In this document: in pieces, positions 1 to 8,898 of the stretch
Layout: each line of letters begins with the position of its first letter
Position numbering within the stretch: the stretch's first letter is position 1
Translations under genes and position numbers: made by a program
NCBI RefSeq assembly: GCF_054482595.1
Contig: NZ_CM137008.1
Strand: one strand, 5' to 3'
DNA: 64,000 nucleotides
The notes under the pieces: model-generated
What the model saw: the letters and a program-made list of their open reading frames with translations, nothing else
Databases searched by the model: none
What the model was told of the DNA's origin: nothing

Positions 1-190
1 CATTTTCTGCGCCGCCACAAATTTTGGCTGCATCAACAGTTTTCTGCTGTCCAATTCCCGAAACGAAGAAATGATGGGTGATGGTTTCCTTTGGTGTTAC
101 TGCTGTCGGTTTGTTTCCAACAGTAAACGTCTGTTGAGCACATCCTGTAATAAGCATTGCCAGAGCGGCAGAAAACAACATTTTTTTCAT
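1..190 (-). CDS. bor: Bor-family outer-membrane lipoprotein (lambda Bor/Iss-like); N-terminal part only, C-terminus outside window
   Basis: Reverse-strand translation from ATG at 188..190 reads MKKMLFSAALAMLITGCAQQTFTVGNKPTAVTPKETITHHFFVSGIGQQKTVDAAKICGGAEN, lipobox ITGC, matches lambda Bor as recalled. Confidence 0.8.
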   Translation of the reverse strand, partial: MKKMLFSAALAMLITGCAQQTFTVGNKPTAVTPKETITHHFFVSGIGQQKTVDAAKICGGAEN

Positions 191-714
191 CTTATTATCC
201 TGCATTGTTAAAAACGGCAGAATCCTATGTGACAACAATTAAACGATAGTTAAATGGATTGATGAAAATTAAAACTATATAGGTGTACGGTCAGACTATT
301 GGAGGTAGTCAGGATTTGAATGTCAGTCTGTTGTCGGCATTCTGGCAATGCAATTTGGATAAAGCGGGGATTAAAAAGATAGAGGCGAGCCGGTCAGGTA
401 GAAATGAATCAGGCTCAAATTGAAGCGGAAAAGGTCTGTGGCACAAACTGATGCTGCCATAATTACAGCCTGATGACTTGTGGAATGAAACATGTTGAAC
501 CTCCTTAATTGATGTGATTCGAGTGAGGAAGGCATTCTGTCCCTCTATAGTGTCCATTAAATCAAACGGGAAATTTGTCTCATGCGTGAGACAAGTCTCT
601 CCATTAGTGAGTTGTATTGATTGCGACTCTTCAAAGAATCCATTACTGCGTTGATGAAAAAGGTTTACTACGAATGAAGGCAGCTATTTCGCTGGTTTCT
701 TCATTGGAGTACAT

Positions 715-1065
715 ATGCCCCCACGAACCCCAAAAGCCTGCCGTGTTCGCGGCTGCCGCTTTACAACCACGGACCCTTCAGGCTACTGCGAAAGCCACAA
801 AAGCGAAGGCTGGAAGCAATACAAACCTGGACAATCCCGTCATCAGCGCGGCTACGGTTCGAAGTGGGACAGTATCCGCGCGCGTGTCCTGAAGCGTGAC
901 AAAGGCCTGTGTCAGTTATGTCTGCGTGCTGGTGTGGTGCGTGAGGCGAAGACCGTTGACCACATCATCCCTAAATCGCATGGCGGCACTGATGTCGACA
1001 GTAATCTGCAGAGTTTGTGCTGGCCGTGTCATAAGGCGAAGACGGCCCGTGAACGGCTGAAGTAA
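715..1065 (+). CDS. Phage HNH endonuclease (packaging-associated)
   Basis: 116 aa ORF with Cys pairs and DHIIPKSHGG...N motif (His-Me finger); sits immediately upstream of terminase genes as in HK97-like phages. Confidence 0.85.
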   Translation: MPPRTPKACRVRGCRFTTTDPSGYCESHKSEGWKQYKPGQSRHQRGYGSKWDSIRARVLKRDKGLCQLCLRAGVVREAKTVDHIIPKSHGGTDVDSNLQSLCWPCHKAKTARERLK

Positions 1066-1090
1066 GAACCAGTTCCCACTGCCAGAGGGG

Positions 1091-1151
1091 AGGGGCGGGT
1101 CAAATCCCTGTGACCTGACGTCTTCTGGACTGCCCGCCCCATCGTTTTTTT
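1091..1151 (+). terminator. GC-rich long hairpin followed by T-run in HNH-terS spacer
   Basis: ggggcggg ... cccgcccc inverted repeat then atcgttttttta. Confidence 0.35.
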
Positions 1152-1190
1152 ATACCCGCGAAAAATGAAATTTAACCAGGAGTGCCGCAT

Positions 1191-1685
1191 ATGGCTGGAA
1201 CGGCGGGGCGTTCCGGGCGTCGCCCCAAGCCAACGGCGCGCAAGGCGCTGGCCGGAAACCCCGGCAAGCGAGCCCTGAATAAAGATGAACCTGTTTTTAC
1301 GCCCATCAAAGGTGTTGAGCCACCGGAGTGGTTCGCTGAAGAAGATCTCCCTCTCGCCACGATCATGTGGCAACTGACAACCAAAGAACTCTGCGGTCAG
1401 GGCCTGCTGTGCGTGACTGACCTCGCGGTGCTTGAGCGGTGGTGTGTGGCCTATGAGTTCTGGCGACGTGCCGTGAAAAATATTGCCAGACAGGGCAACA
1501 CCATCACCGGTGCAATGGGCGGTATGGTCAAAAATCCTGAGCTGACCGCCAAAAAAGAACAGGAGTCCGAGATGAGCAGTACGGGGGCAATGCTCGGACT
1601 CGACCCCAGCAGCCGCCAGCGTCTGATTGGCCTGGCGGGGCAGAAGAAAGCCACTAACCCGTTTCTGAAAATTATCGAATCATGA
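1191..1685 (+). CDS. Terminase small subunit (P27 family)
   Basis: [14 protein letters not shown]... N-terminus typical of P27-family TerS; aggag SD at 1178..1182; ORF track start 1182 is a GTG three codons upstream. Confidence 0.85.
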   Translation: MAGTAGRSGRRPKPTARKALAGNPGKRALNKDEPVFTPIKGVEPPEWFAEEDLPLATIMWQLTTKELCGQGLLCVTDLAVLERWCVAYEFWRRAVKNIARQGNTITGAMGGMVKNPELTAKKEQESEMSSTGAMLGLDPSSRQRLIGLAGQKKATNPFLKIIES

Positions 1686-3415
1686 GCCGGAAATCTTATC
1701 CCAACGTAAATGCTGCCAATCAGTATGCCCGGGATGTCGTTCGCGGAAAGATTGTGGCCTGCCAGTTTGTGATTCAGGCCTGCCAGCGCCATCTTGATGA
1801 CCTGATGGCGGAAAAAAGTAAGTCGTTTCGTTACCGCTTCGACAAGGACCTGGCTGAACGGGCCGCCAAATTTATTCAGCTGTTGCCGCATACCAAGGGT
1901 GAGTGGGCATTCAAACGGATGCCCATCACGCTGGAGCCGTGGCAGCTCTTTGTGATCTGCTGTGCGTTTGGCTGGGTCAATAAAGGTACCCGGCTGCGCC
2001 GCTTCCGGGAGGTGTATACCGAAATCCCCCGTAAGAACGGCAAATCGGCAATCTCTGCCGGTGTCGCCCTGTATTGTTTTGCCTGTGATAACGAGTTTGG
2101 CGCGGAAGTGTATTCCGGTGCCACGACAGAGAAACAGGCGTGGGAAGTCTTTCGCCCGGCGCGACTGATGTGTAAACGCACACCCATGCTGACGGAAGCG
2201 TTCGGGATTGAGGTTAACGCCTCAAACATGAACCGTCCGGAGGATGGCGCGCGGTTTGAGCCGCTGATCGGTAACCCCGGTGATGGTTCATCACCCCACT
2301 GTGCGGTGGTGGATGAATATCACGAGCATGCCACCGATGCACTTTACACCACGATGCTTACCGGGATGGGGGCGCGACGTCAGCCACTGATGTGGGCCAT
2401 CACCACCGCCGGGTACAACATTGAGGGGCCGTGCTACGACAAGCGGCGGGAAGTTCTCGAGATGCTCAACGGTTCGGTACCCAACGATGAACTGTTCGGG
2501 ATCATCTATACCGTTGACGAAGGCGATGACTGGACCGACCCGCAGGTGCTGGAAAAAGCCAATCCAAATATTGGCGTGTCGGTTTATCGCGAATTTTTGT
2601 TAAGTCAGCAGCAGCGTGCGAAAAATAACGCCCGTCTGGCAAACGTCTTTAAAACAAAACACCTCAATATCTGGGTGTCGGCGCGTTCGGCGTATTTCAA
2701 CCTGGTGAGCTGGCAGAGCTGCGAGGATAAATCACTGACCCTTGAGCAGTTCGAGGGGCAGCCGTGCATTCTGGCCTTTGACCTGGCGCGTAAGCTGGAT
2801 ATGAACAGCATGGCGCGACTTTATACCCGCGAGATTGACGGTAAAACGCATTACTACAGTGTGGCCCCGCGTTTCTGGGTACCGTATGACACGGTGTACA
2901 GCGTCGAGAAAAATGAAGATCGACGGACAGCCGAACGCTTTCAGAAATGGGTGGAAATGGGCGTTCTGACCGTTACCGATGGTGCGGAAGTGGATTATCG
3001 CTACATCCTCGAGGAGGCCAAAGCGGCGAACAAAATCAGCCCGGTCAGTGAGTCACCCATCGACCCCTTCGGGGCGACCGGGTTGTCACATGACCTTGCT
3101 GATGAAGACCTGAATCCCGTCACTATCGTCCAGAACTTCACCAATATGTCCGACCCGATGAAAGAGCTGGAAGCGGCGATTGAATCGGGACGTTTTCATC
3201 ATGACGGCAATCCCATCATGACCTGGTGTATCGGCAACGTGGTCGGCAAAACCATTCCGGGTAACGATGATGTGGTGAAGCCCGTCAAAGAGCAGGCGGA
3301 AAACAAAATCGATGGTGCAGTTGCGCTGATTATGGCGGTTGGCAGAGCCATGCTGTACGAGAAAGAAGACACGCTGTCTGACCACATTGAGTCCTATGGG
3401 ATCCGCTCGCTTTAA
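1682..3415 (+). CDS. Terminase large subunit
   Basis: 577 aa ORF directly after TerS with ATGA start/stop overlap; size and position typical of TerL. Confidence 0.9.
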   Translation: MSRKSYPNVNAANQYARDVVRGKIVACQFVIQACQRHLDDLMAEKSKSFRYRFDKDLAERAAKFIQLLPHTKGEWAFKRMPITLEPWQLFVICCAFGWVNKGTRLRRFREVYTEIPRKNGKSAISAGVALYCFACDNEFGAEVYSGATTEKQAWEVFRPARLMCKRTPMLTEAFGIEVNASNMNRPEDGARFEPLIGNPGDGSSPHCAVVDEYHEHATDALYTTMLTGMGARRQPLMWAITTAGYNIEGPCYDKRREVLEMLNGSVPNDELFGIIYTVDEGDDWTDPQVLEKANPNIGVSVYREFLLSQQQRAKNNARLANVFKTKHLNIWVSARSAYFNLVSWQSCEDKSLTLEQFEGQPCILAFDLARKLDMNSMARLYTREIDGKTHYYSVAPRFWVPYDTVYSVEKNEDRRTAERFQKWVEMGVLTVTDGAEVDYRYILEEAKAANKISPVSESPIDPFGATGLSHDLADEDLNPVTIVQNFTNMSDPMKELEAAIESGRFHHDGNPIMTWCIGNVVGKTIPGNDDVVKPVKEQAENKIDGAVALIMAVGRAMLYEKEDTLSDHIESYGIRSL

Positions 3416-3426
3416 CTGAGGTAATT

Positions 3427-3609
3427 ATGATCATGCTGATTCTCGCGCCTCTGGTGGGCGTGCTGGGGGCGCTTTTGCTGGCGTATGGTGCCTGGCTGAT
3501 TTATCCCCCGGCGGGGTTTGTTGTTGCCGGGGCGTTGTGCCTGTTCTGGTCGTGGCTGGTGGCGCGATATCTCGACCGTACACAGTCGTCTGCCGGCGGA
3601 GGTAAATAG
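3427..3609 (+). CDS. Small hydrophobic protein (two predicted TM helices) between terL and portal
   Basis: 60 aa [49 protein letters not shown]; gagg SD 6 nt upstream; tightly packed between terL and portal. Confidence 0.45.
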   Translation: MIMLILAPLVGVLGALLLAYGAWLIYPPAGFVVAGALCLFWSWLVARYLDRTQSSAGGGK

Positions 3610-4850
3610 TGTTCTTTTCGGGATTATTTCAACGAAAAAGTGACGCACCGGTGACCACGCCAGCAGAGCTGGCGGATGCTATCGGGTTGTCCTACGACAC
3701 CTATACCGGAAAGCAGATCAGCAGCCAGCGGGCCATGCGACTGACGGCGGTTTTTTCCTGTGTCAGGGTGCTGGCGGAGTCGGTCGGGATGTTGCCCTGC
3801 AACCTGTATCACCTGAACGGCAGCCTGAAGCAGAGAGCCACTGGCGAACGTCTGCATAAGCTGATCTCCACGCATCCCAATGGCTATATGACGCCGCAGG
3901 AGTTCTGGGAGCTGGTGGTCACCTGTCTGTGCCTGCGGGGAAACTTTTACGCCTACAAAGTGAAAGCATTTGGCGAAGTGGCTGAACTGCTGCCCGTCGA
4001 TCCCGGCTGTGTGGTACCGAAGCTTAACAGTAGCTGGGAGCCGGTCTATCAGGTCACATTCCCGGATGGCTCCACGGATGTACTGAGCCAGGAGGATATC
4101 TGGCATGTGCGCACGCTGACGCTGGACGGACTGGTGGGGCTGAATCCCATCGCCTATGCCCGCGAGGCAATATCGCTGGCGGCAGCGACCGAAGAGCACG
4201 GGGCCAGACTGTTCAGCAATGGCGCGGTGACGTCGGGTGTGTTGCGTACAGAGCAGACGCTGTCAGATCAGGCTTATGAGCGCCTGAAGAAAGATTTTGA
4301 GGAGCGTCACACCGGGCTTGGCAATGCTCACCGCCCGATGATCCTTGAGATGGGGCTGGACTGGAAGTCGATGGCGCTGAACGCCGAGGACAGCCAGTTC
4401 CTGGAAACCCGCAGGTTTCAGCTTGAAGAAATCTGTCGTCTGTTCCGGGTGCCGTTGCACATGGTGCAGAACACCGATCGCGCCACCTTCAACAATATCG
4501 AAGAGCTGGGGCTGGGATTTATCAACTATTCACTGGTGCCGTATCTGACCCGCATCGAACAGCGGATCAACACCGGACTGGTACGAAAAAGTAAGCAGGG
4601 CGTTTATTACGCCAAATTTAACGCCGGGGCGTTACTGCGCGGGGATATGAAGTCCCGTTTTGAAGCCTACGCCACCGGGATCAACTGGGGAATTTACTCT
4701 CCCAATGACTGCCGCGACCTGGAAGATATGAATCCGCGTCCCGGTGGTGATGTCTATCTCACACCGATGAACATGACCACGAAACCCTCCGATGGCAGTA
4801 AAGCCGGTAAGCAGAAGGATAACGCCAATGCAGACGAAACAACGTCTTGA
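3609..4850 (+). CDS. Portal protein (HK97 family)
   Basis: 413 aa ORF, GTG start with ggagg SD, position after TerL. Confidence 0.85.
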   Translation: MFFSGLFQRKSDAPVTTPAELADAIGLSYDTYTGKQISSQRAMRLTAVFSCVRVLAESVGMLPCNLYHLNGSLKQRATGERLHKLISTHPNGYMTPQEFWELVVTCLCLRGNFYAYKVKAFGEVAELLPVDPGCVVPKLNSSWEPVYQVTFPDGSTDVLSQEDIWHVRTLTLDGLVGLNPIAYAREAISLAAATEEHGARLFSNGAVTSGVLRTEQTLSDQAYERLKKDFEERHTGLGNAHRPMILEMGLDWKSMALNAEDSQFLETRRFQLEEICRLFRVPLHMVQNTDRATFNNIEELGLGFINYSLVPYLTRIEQRINTGLVRKSKQGVYYAKFNAGALLRGDMKSRFEAYATGINWGIYSPNDCRDLEDMNPRPGGDVYLTPMNMTTKPSDGSKAGKQKDNANADETTS

Positions 4851-5478
4851 TGTACCGCTGAGTCTGAAATCTGTCAGTGACTCCGGTGAGTTTGAAGGGT
4901 ATGGCTCTGTCTTTGGTGTAAAGGACAGCCACGATGATGTGGTGATGTCCGGGGCATTTGCTGCTTCCCTGCGGGCGTGGAGTGACAGAAAAGCGTTACC
5001 TGCACTGCTCTGGCAGCACCGTATGGATGAGCCCATCGGTGTTTACACCGAAATGAAGGAAGACGATGTCGGGCTTTACGTCAGGGGGCGGTTGCTCATT
5101 GATGATGATCCCCTGGCAAAACGCGCACATGCACACATGAAGGCCGGTTCGCTAACCGGCCTTTCTATTGGGTACGTCCTGAAGGACTGGGAATACGACC
5201 GGACGAAAGAAGCCTTTCTGCTGAAAGAAATCGACCTCTGGGAAGTCAGTCTGGTGACGTTTCCGTCTAACGACGAGGCGCGGATCAGCGACGTCAAGAA
5301 CGCGCTGGCCCGCGGGGAAATCCCCGAACAGAAAAAAATCGAAAGAGTCCTGCGTGATGTCGGACTCTCCCGTACCCAGGCCAAAGCATTCATGGCCGGG
5401 GGCTATGGCGCACTGTCCCTGCGCGACGCTGAGGATGTGGGCTCTGCACTGAATGCACTGAAAAATCTGAACTTCTAA
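4828..5478 (+). CDS. Prohead maturation protease (HK97 family)
   Basis: ORF 4792..5478; likely start ATG 4828 (MQTKQRLDVPLSL...) after the portal; position between portal and capsid. Confidence 0.8.
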   Translation: MQTKQRLDVPLSLKSVSDSGEFEGYGSVFGVKDSHDDVVMSGAFAASLRAWSDRKALPALLWQHRMDEPIGVYTEMKEDDVGLYVRGRLLIDDDPLAKRAHAHMKAGSLTGLSIGYVLKDWEYDRTKEAFLLKEIDLWEVSLVTFPSNDEARISDVKNALARGEIPEQKKIERVLRDVGLSRTQAKAFMAGGYGALSLRDAEDVGSALNALKNLNF

Positions 5479-5492
5479 TCAGGAGAAATACG

Positions 5493-6698
5493 ATGGCGGT
5501 TGATATTAAAGATGTCGAACAGGTCGCGCAGGAGCTGCAGCAGAAGTTTGACGACTTCAAAGCAAAGAACGACAAGCGCGTGGATGCGATTGAGCAGGAA
5601 AAAGGCAAGCTTGCCGGGCAGGTGGAAACCCTGAACGGGAAACTCAGCGAGCTGGAAAATCTCAAAAGCGACCTTGAAAAAGAGCTGCTTGAGCTGAAAC
5701 GTCCGGCAGGTGGTGCGCAAAATAAACTGGCCACCGAGCATAAAGAAGCGTTTGTGGGCTTCCTGCGTAAAGGCCGTGAAGACGGTCTGCGCGATCTGGA
5801 GCGTAAGGCATTGCAGGTGGGCACCGATGAAGACGGTGGCTACGCCGTGCCGGAAGCGCTGGATCGCAACATTCTCAACCTGCTGAAAGATGAAGTGGTG
5901 ATGCGTCAGGAAGCCACGGTGATCACCGTTGGCGGTTCCGACTACAAAAAACTGGTGAATCTGGGCGGCACGGCTTCCGGATGGGTGGGGGAAACGGATA
6001 CGCGATCCCAGACTGCCACCTCCAGACTGGAGCTGATTGAACCTCTCATGGGGGAAATCTACGGCAACCCGCAGGCTACCCAGAAAATGCTGGACGATGC
6101 CTTCTTCAACGTGGAAGCATGGATCAACAGCGAGCTGGCAACCGAATTTGCCGAACAGGAAGAAATTGCCTTTACCACCGGCGATGGTACCAAGAAGCCG
6201 AAAGGGTTCCTGGCGTATGAATCCACGGATGAAACCGATAAGGTCCGGGCGTTCGGCAAACTTCAGCATATTGTATCCGGCGACGCGACTGCGGTGACCG
6301 CTGATGCCATTATCAAACTGATTTACACGCTGCGAAAGGCACACCGCACCGGCGCGAAGTTCATGATGAACAACAACAGCCTGTTTGCCATCCGTTTGCT
6401 GAAAGACACCGAGGGTAACTATCTGTGGCGTCCGGGGCTGGAACTGGGGCAGCCGTCCTCTCTGGCGGGTTACGGTATCGCTGAAAACGAACAGATGCCG
6501 GATATCGCCGCTGATGCGAAAGCCATTGCATTTGGTAACTTCAAACGGGGTTACACCATCGTTGACCGTATCGGCACCCGCATTCTGCGTGACCCGTACA
6601 CCAATAAACCGTTTGTCGGTTTTTATACCACCAAGCGCACCGGCGGGATGCTGGTCGATTCGCAGGCCATCAAACTGCTGAAGATTGCAGCGGCGTAA
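5493..6698 (+). CDS. Major capsid protein (HK97 fold)
   Basis: 401 aa ORF with aggag SD, N-terminal coiled-coil-like delta domain (EQVAQELQQKFDDFKAKNDKRV...) typical of HK97-type capsid precursors. Confidence 0.9.
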   Translation: MAVDIKDVEQVAQELQQKFDDFKAKNDKRVDAIEQEKGKLAGQVETLNGKLSELENLKSDLEKELLELKRPAGGAQNKLATEHKEAFVGFLRKGREDGLRDLERKALQVGTDEDGGYAVPEALDRNILNLLKDEVVMRQEATVITVGGSDYKKLVNLGGTASGWVGETDTRSQTATSRLELIEPLMGEIYGNPQATQKMLDDAFFNVEAWINSELATEFAEQEEIAFTTGDGTKKPKGFLAYESTDETDKVRAFGKLQHIVSGDATAVTADAIIKLIYTLRKAHRTGAKFMMNNNSLFAIRLLKDTEGNYLWRPGLELGQPSSLAGYGIAENEQMPDIAADAKAIAFGNFKRGYTIVDRIGTRILRDPYTNKPFVGFYTTKRTGGMLVDSQAIKLLKIAAA

Positions 6699-6701
6699 TC
6701 A

Positions 6702-6732
6702 TTCAGGGGCGCGGAACCGCGCCCCCTGTTCT
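6702..6732 (+). terminator. Hairpin after major capsid gene
   Basis: ggggcgcgg aacc gcgcccc followed by tgttct. Confidence 0.35.
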
Positions 6733-6747
6733 GACGGGTGAAGAATC

Positions 6748-6948
6748 ATGATCCTGAAACAAGATCTGAAATGGTCACCGGACGGTATGCGTGTTGAGGT
6801 CATTCGGGCCGGTGAGTATGACGACGGGGCGCTGCCTGCCCGGGTGCAGGAGATTGCACTTCAGGCCGGGTTAGCAGAGCGCGGAACCAGTGCAAAAAGC
6901 AGTAAAGCGGCAAAAGAGAAAAAAGCCACGACCAGTAAAGAGGGCTGA
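6748..6948 (+). CDS. Small hypothetical head-module protein
   Basis: 66 aa ORF in gene-dense head module, Lys-rich C-terminus. Confidence 0.4.
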   Translation: MILKQDLKWSPDGMRVEVIRAGEYDDGALPARVQEIALQAGLAERGTSAKSSKAAKEKKATTSKEG

Positions 6949-6950
6949 GT

Positions 6951-7274
6951 ATGCTTCTGACAATAGAAGAGATTAAAGCCCAACTCCGGCTGGATGAGGA
7001 TTTCGATACTGATGACCGTCATCTGCAACTGCTGGCCTGTGCGGCGCAAAAGCGGACGGAAACGTATCTGAACCGGAAGCTCTATGCACCGGATGAAACC
7101 ATTCCGGACAGCGATCCGGACGGACTACACCTGCCGGATGATATTCGTCTGGGGATGCTGATGCTTATCAGCCATTTTTACGAAAACCGCTCGTCGGTTA
7201 CGGAAGTGGAGAAACTCGACATGCCGCAGAGTTTTGGCTGGCTTGTCAGCCCGTACAGGTACTTTCCGCAATGA
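6951..7274 (+). CDS. Head-tail connector protein (gp6-like)
   Basis: 107 aa ORF after capsid gene; size, acidic character and position. Confidence 0.65.
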   Translation: MLLTIEEIKAQLRLDEDFDTDDRHLQLLACAAQKRTETYLNRKLYAPDETIPDSDPDGLHLPDDIRLGMLMLISHFYENRSSVTEVEKLDMPQSFGWLVSPYRYFPQ

Positions 7275-7681
7275 AAATTCGTCAGGCGCAGACCAGCGCA
7301 ACCTACATCCTGCCGGACCCCGGCGAACTGAATAAACGCGTCCTGATCCGCCAGCGGGTGGATATGCCCGCGGATAACTTTGGCGTGGAGCCTCAATACC
7401 CGGTTGCGTTCCGGGCATGGGCGAAGGTTATCCAGACCAGTGCCACCACCTGGCAGGAAACCGCGCAGACCGGAGACGCCATCACCCATTACATCACCAT
7501 TCGCTACCGCCGGGGGATCACTGCTGATTATGAGGTGGTCTGTGGTGACAGTGTGTACCGCGTGAAACGTCAGCGTGATCTGAACGGAGCGCGGCGCTTT
7601 CTGCTGCTGGAGTGTACGGAGCTGGGCGAATTTACGCAGAGTCACGGAGGCAACAATGGCGACTTCCTTTTTGCACGTTGA
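7271..7681 (+). CDS. Head closure / head-tail adaptor protein
   Basis: 136 aa ORF translationally coupled to upstream gene. Confidence 0.6.
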   Translation: MKIRQAQTSATYILPDPGELNKRVLIRQRVDMPADNFGVEPQYPVAFRAWAKVIQTSATTWQETAQTGDAITHYITIRYRRGITADYEVVCGDSVYRVKRQRDLNGARRFLLLECTELGEFTQSHGGNNGDFLFAR

Positions 7682-8162
7682 TTTTCAGCAGCCCGCGGAG
7701 ATGCGCTTTAACCGCGCCCGTGTCCGGCGGGCGTTTGTCACGATTGGTCAGCGTCATATGCGTGATGCCCGTCGGCTGGTGATGCGCCGTGTGCGGTCGG
7801 CACCGGGTGAAAACCCCGGTTATCAGACCGGACGCCTGGCTCGTTCGATTGGTTACATGGTACCCAGAGCCAGTAAACATCGCCCTGGTTTTATGGCACG
7901 TATAGCCCCTAACCAGCGTAATGGAGAGGGAAACCGCCGTATCACCGGTGATTTTTATCCGGCTTTTTTGTTCTATGGCGTGAGGCGAGGGGCAAAGCGT
8001 CGTCGCAGCCATCATCGTGGTGCATCCGGTGGCAGCGGCTGGCGACTGGCTCCACGTAATAACTTCATGGTGGAAACGCTTGAAAAGAACCGCAGTTGGA
8101 CACGCTATTTTCTGGCGCGGGAATTGCGTAAATCACTGAAGCCGGAGCGACGACACAGATGA
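7656..8162 (+). CDS. HK97 gp10-like head-tail joining protein
   Basis: 168 aa basic ORF, ggagg SD, position in connector block. Confidence 0.55.
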   Translation: MATSFLHVDFQQPAEMRFNRARVRRAFVTIGQRHMRDARRLVMRRVRSAPGENPGYQTGRLARSIGYMVPRASKHRPGFMARIAPNQRNGEGNRRITGDFYPAFLFYGVRRGAKRRRSHHRGASGGSGWRLAPRNNFMVETLEKNRSWTRYFLARELRKSLKPERRHR

Positions 8163-8719
8163 AACTGACGCCTGTTATTGCTGCACTGCGTGCCCGCTGT
8201 CCGTATTTTGAAAACCGGGTTGCAGGCGCGGCCCAGTTCAAAAATCTGCCGGAGGTCGGAAAGCTGAAACTCCCGGCGGCATATGTTGTACCGGGTGATG
8301 ATTCTCCGGGAGAAAACAAAAGCCAGACCGACTACTGGCAGGAGCTGAAAGAGGGTTTCTCCGTGGTTGTCATACTGAGTAACGGGCGTGATGAGCGCGG
8401 TCAGTTTGCCTCGTATGATGTGGTGGACGATGTCCGGCAGATGCTCTTTAAGGCTCTGCTGGGCTGGAACCCGGAGGCGTGCGGTAACCCGATTACCTAT
8501 GACGGCGGCACGCTGCTGGATCTGAATCGTCATGAGCTGATTTATCAGTTCGATTTTTCGGTCATCAGCGAGCTGACTGAAGACGATACCCGCCAGCAGG
8601 ATGATCTGAACAGTCTGGATGAACTGCAAACGCTGGCGATTGATGTTGATTATCTCGATCCCGGTAACGGGCCTGACGGCGATATCGAACATCACACCGA
8701 AATAACCCTTCCTTCCTGA
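8159..8719 (+). CDS. Tail completion/terminator-like protein (Mu gp37-like)
   Basis: 186 aa ORF immediately upstream of sheath gene. Confidence 0.5.
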   Translation: MKLTPVIAALRARCPYFENRVAGAAQFKNLPEVGKLKLPAAYVVPGDDSPGENKSQTDYWQELKEGFSVVVILSNGRDERGQFASYDVVDDVRQMLFKALLGWNPEACGNPITYDGGTLLDLNRHELIYQFDFSVISELTEDDTRQQDDLNSLDELQTLAIDVDYLDPGNGPDGDIEHHTEITLPS

Positions 8720-8727
8720 GAATCTTC

Positions 8728-8898
8728 ATGTTTGTGAAACCTGTTAAAGGGCGGTCAGTGCCTGACCCTGCCCGCGGTGACCTTTTGCCCACCGAAGGGC
8801 GAAATGTTGACGAGAACAACTACTGGCTGCGCCGTGAAGCAGCGGGTGATATCCGGCGCGTGAATAAAAAGGTGAACACCGATGACGATAAGCTTTAA
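8728..8898 (+). CDS. Small conserved-looking protein preceding the sheath gene (56 aa)
   Basis: Not in ORF track (below 60 aa); read by eye: MFVKPVKGRSVPDPARGDLLPTEGRNVDENNYWLRREAAGDIRRVNKKVNTDDDKL, ends overlapping sheath start. Confidence 0.4.
   Translation: MFVKPVKGRSVPDPARGDLLPTEGRNVDENNYWLRREAAGDIRRVNKKVNTDDDKL

Noticed and set aside
309-557. 82-codon minus-strand ORF in the bor-HNH spacer
   Set aside because: No ribosome-binding site and an unconvincing translation; the region is more likely regulatory or packaging-related non-coding DNA.
617-892. 91-codon plus-strand ORF
   Set aside because: Overlaps the HNH endonuclease gene in another frame; the HNH frame has the conserved motifs.
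5475-6344. 289-codon minus-strand ORF
   Set aside because: Lies entirely antisense to the major capsid gene, with a low-complexity translation; an artefact of the opposite strand of a real gene.
8105-8695. 196-codon minus-strand ORF inside the tail module
   Set aside because: Antisense to the 8159..8719 tail gene, which is in a translationally coupled plus-strand series.
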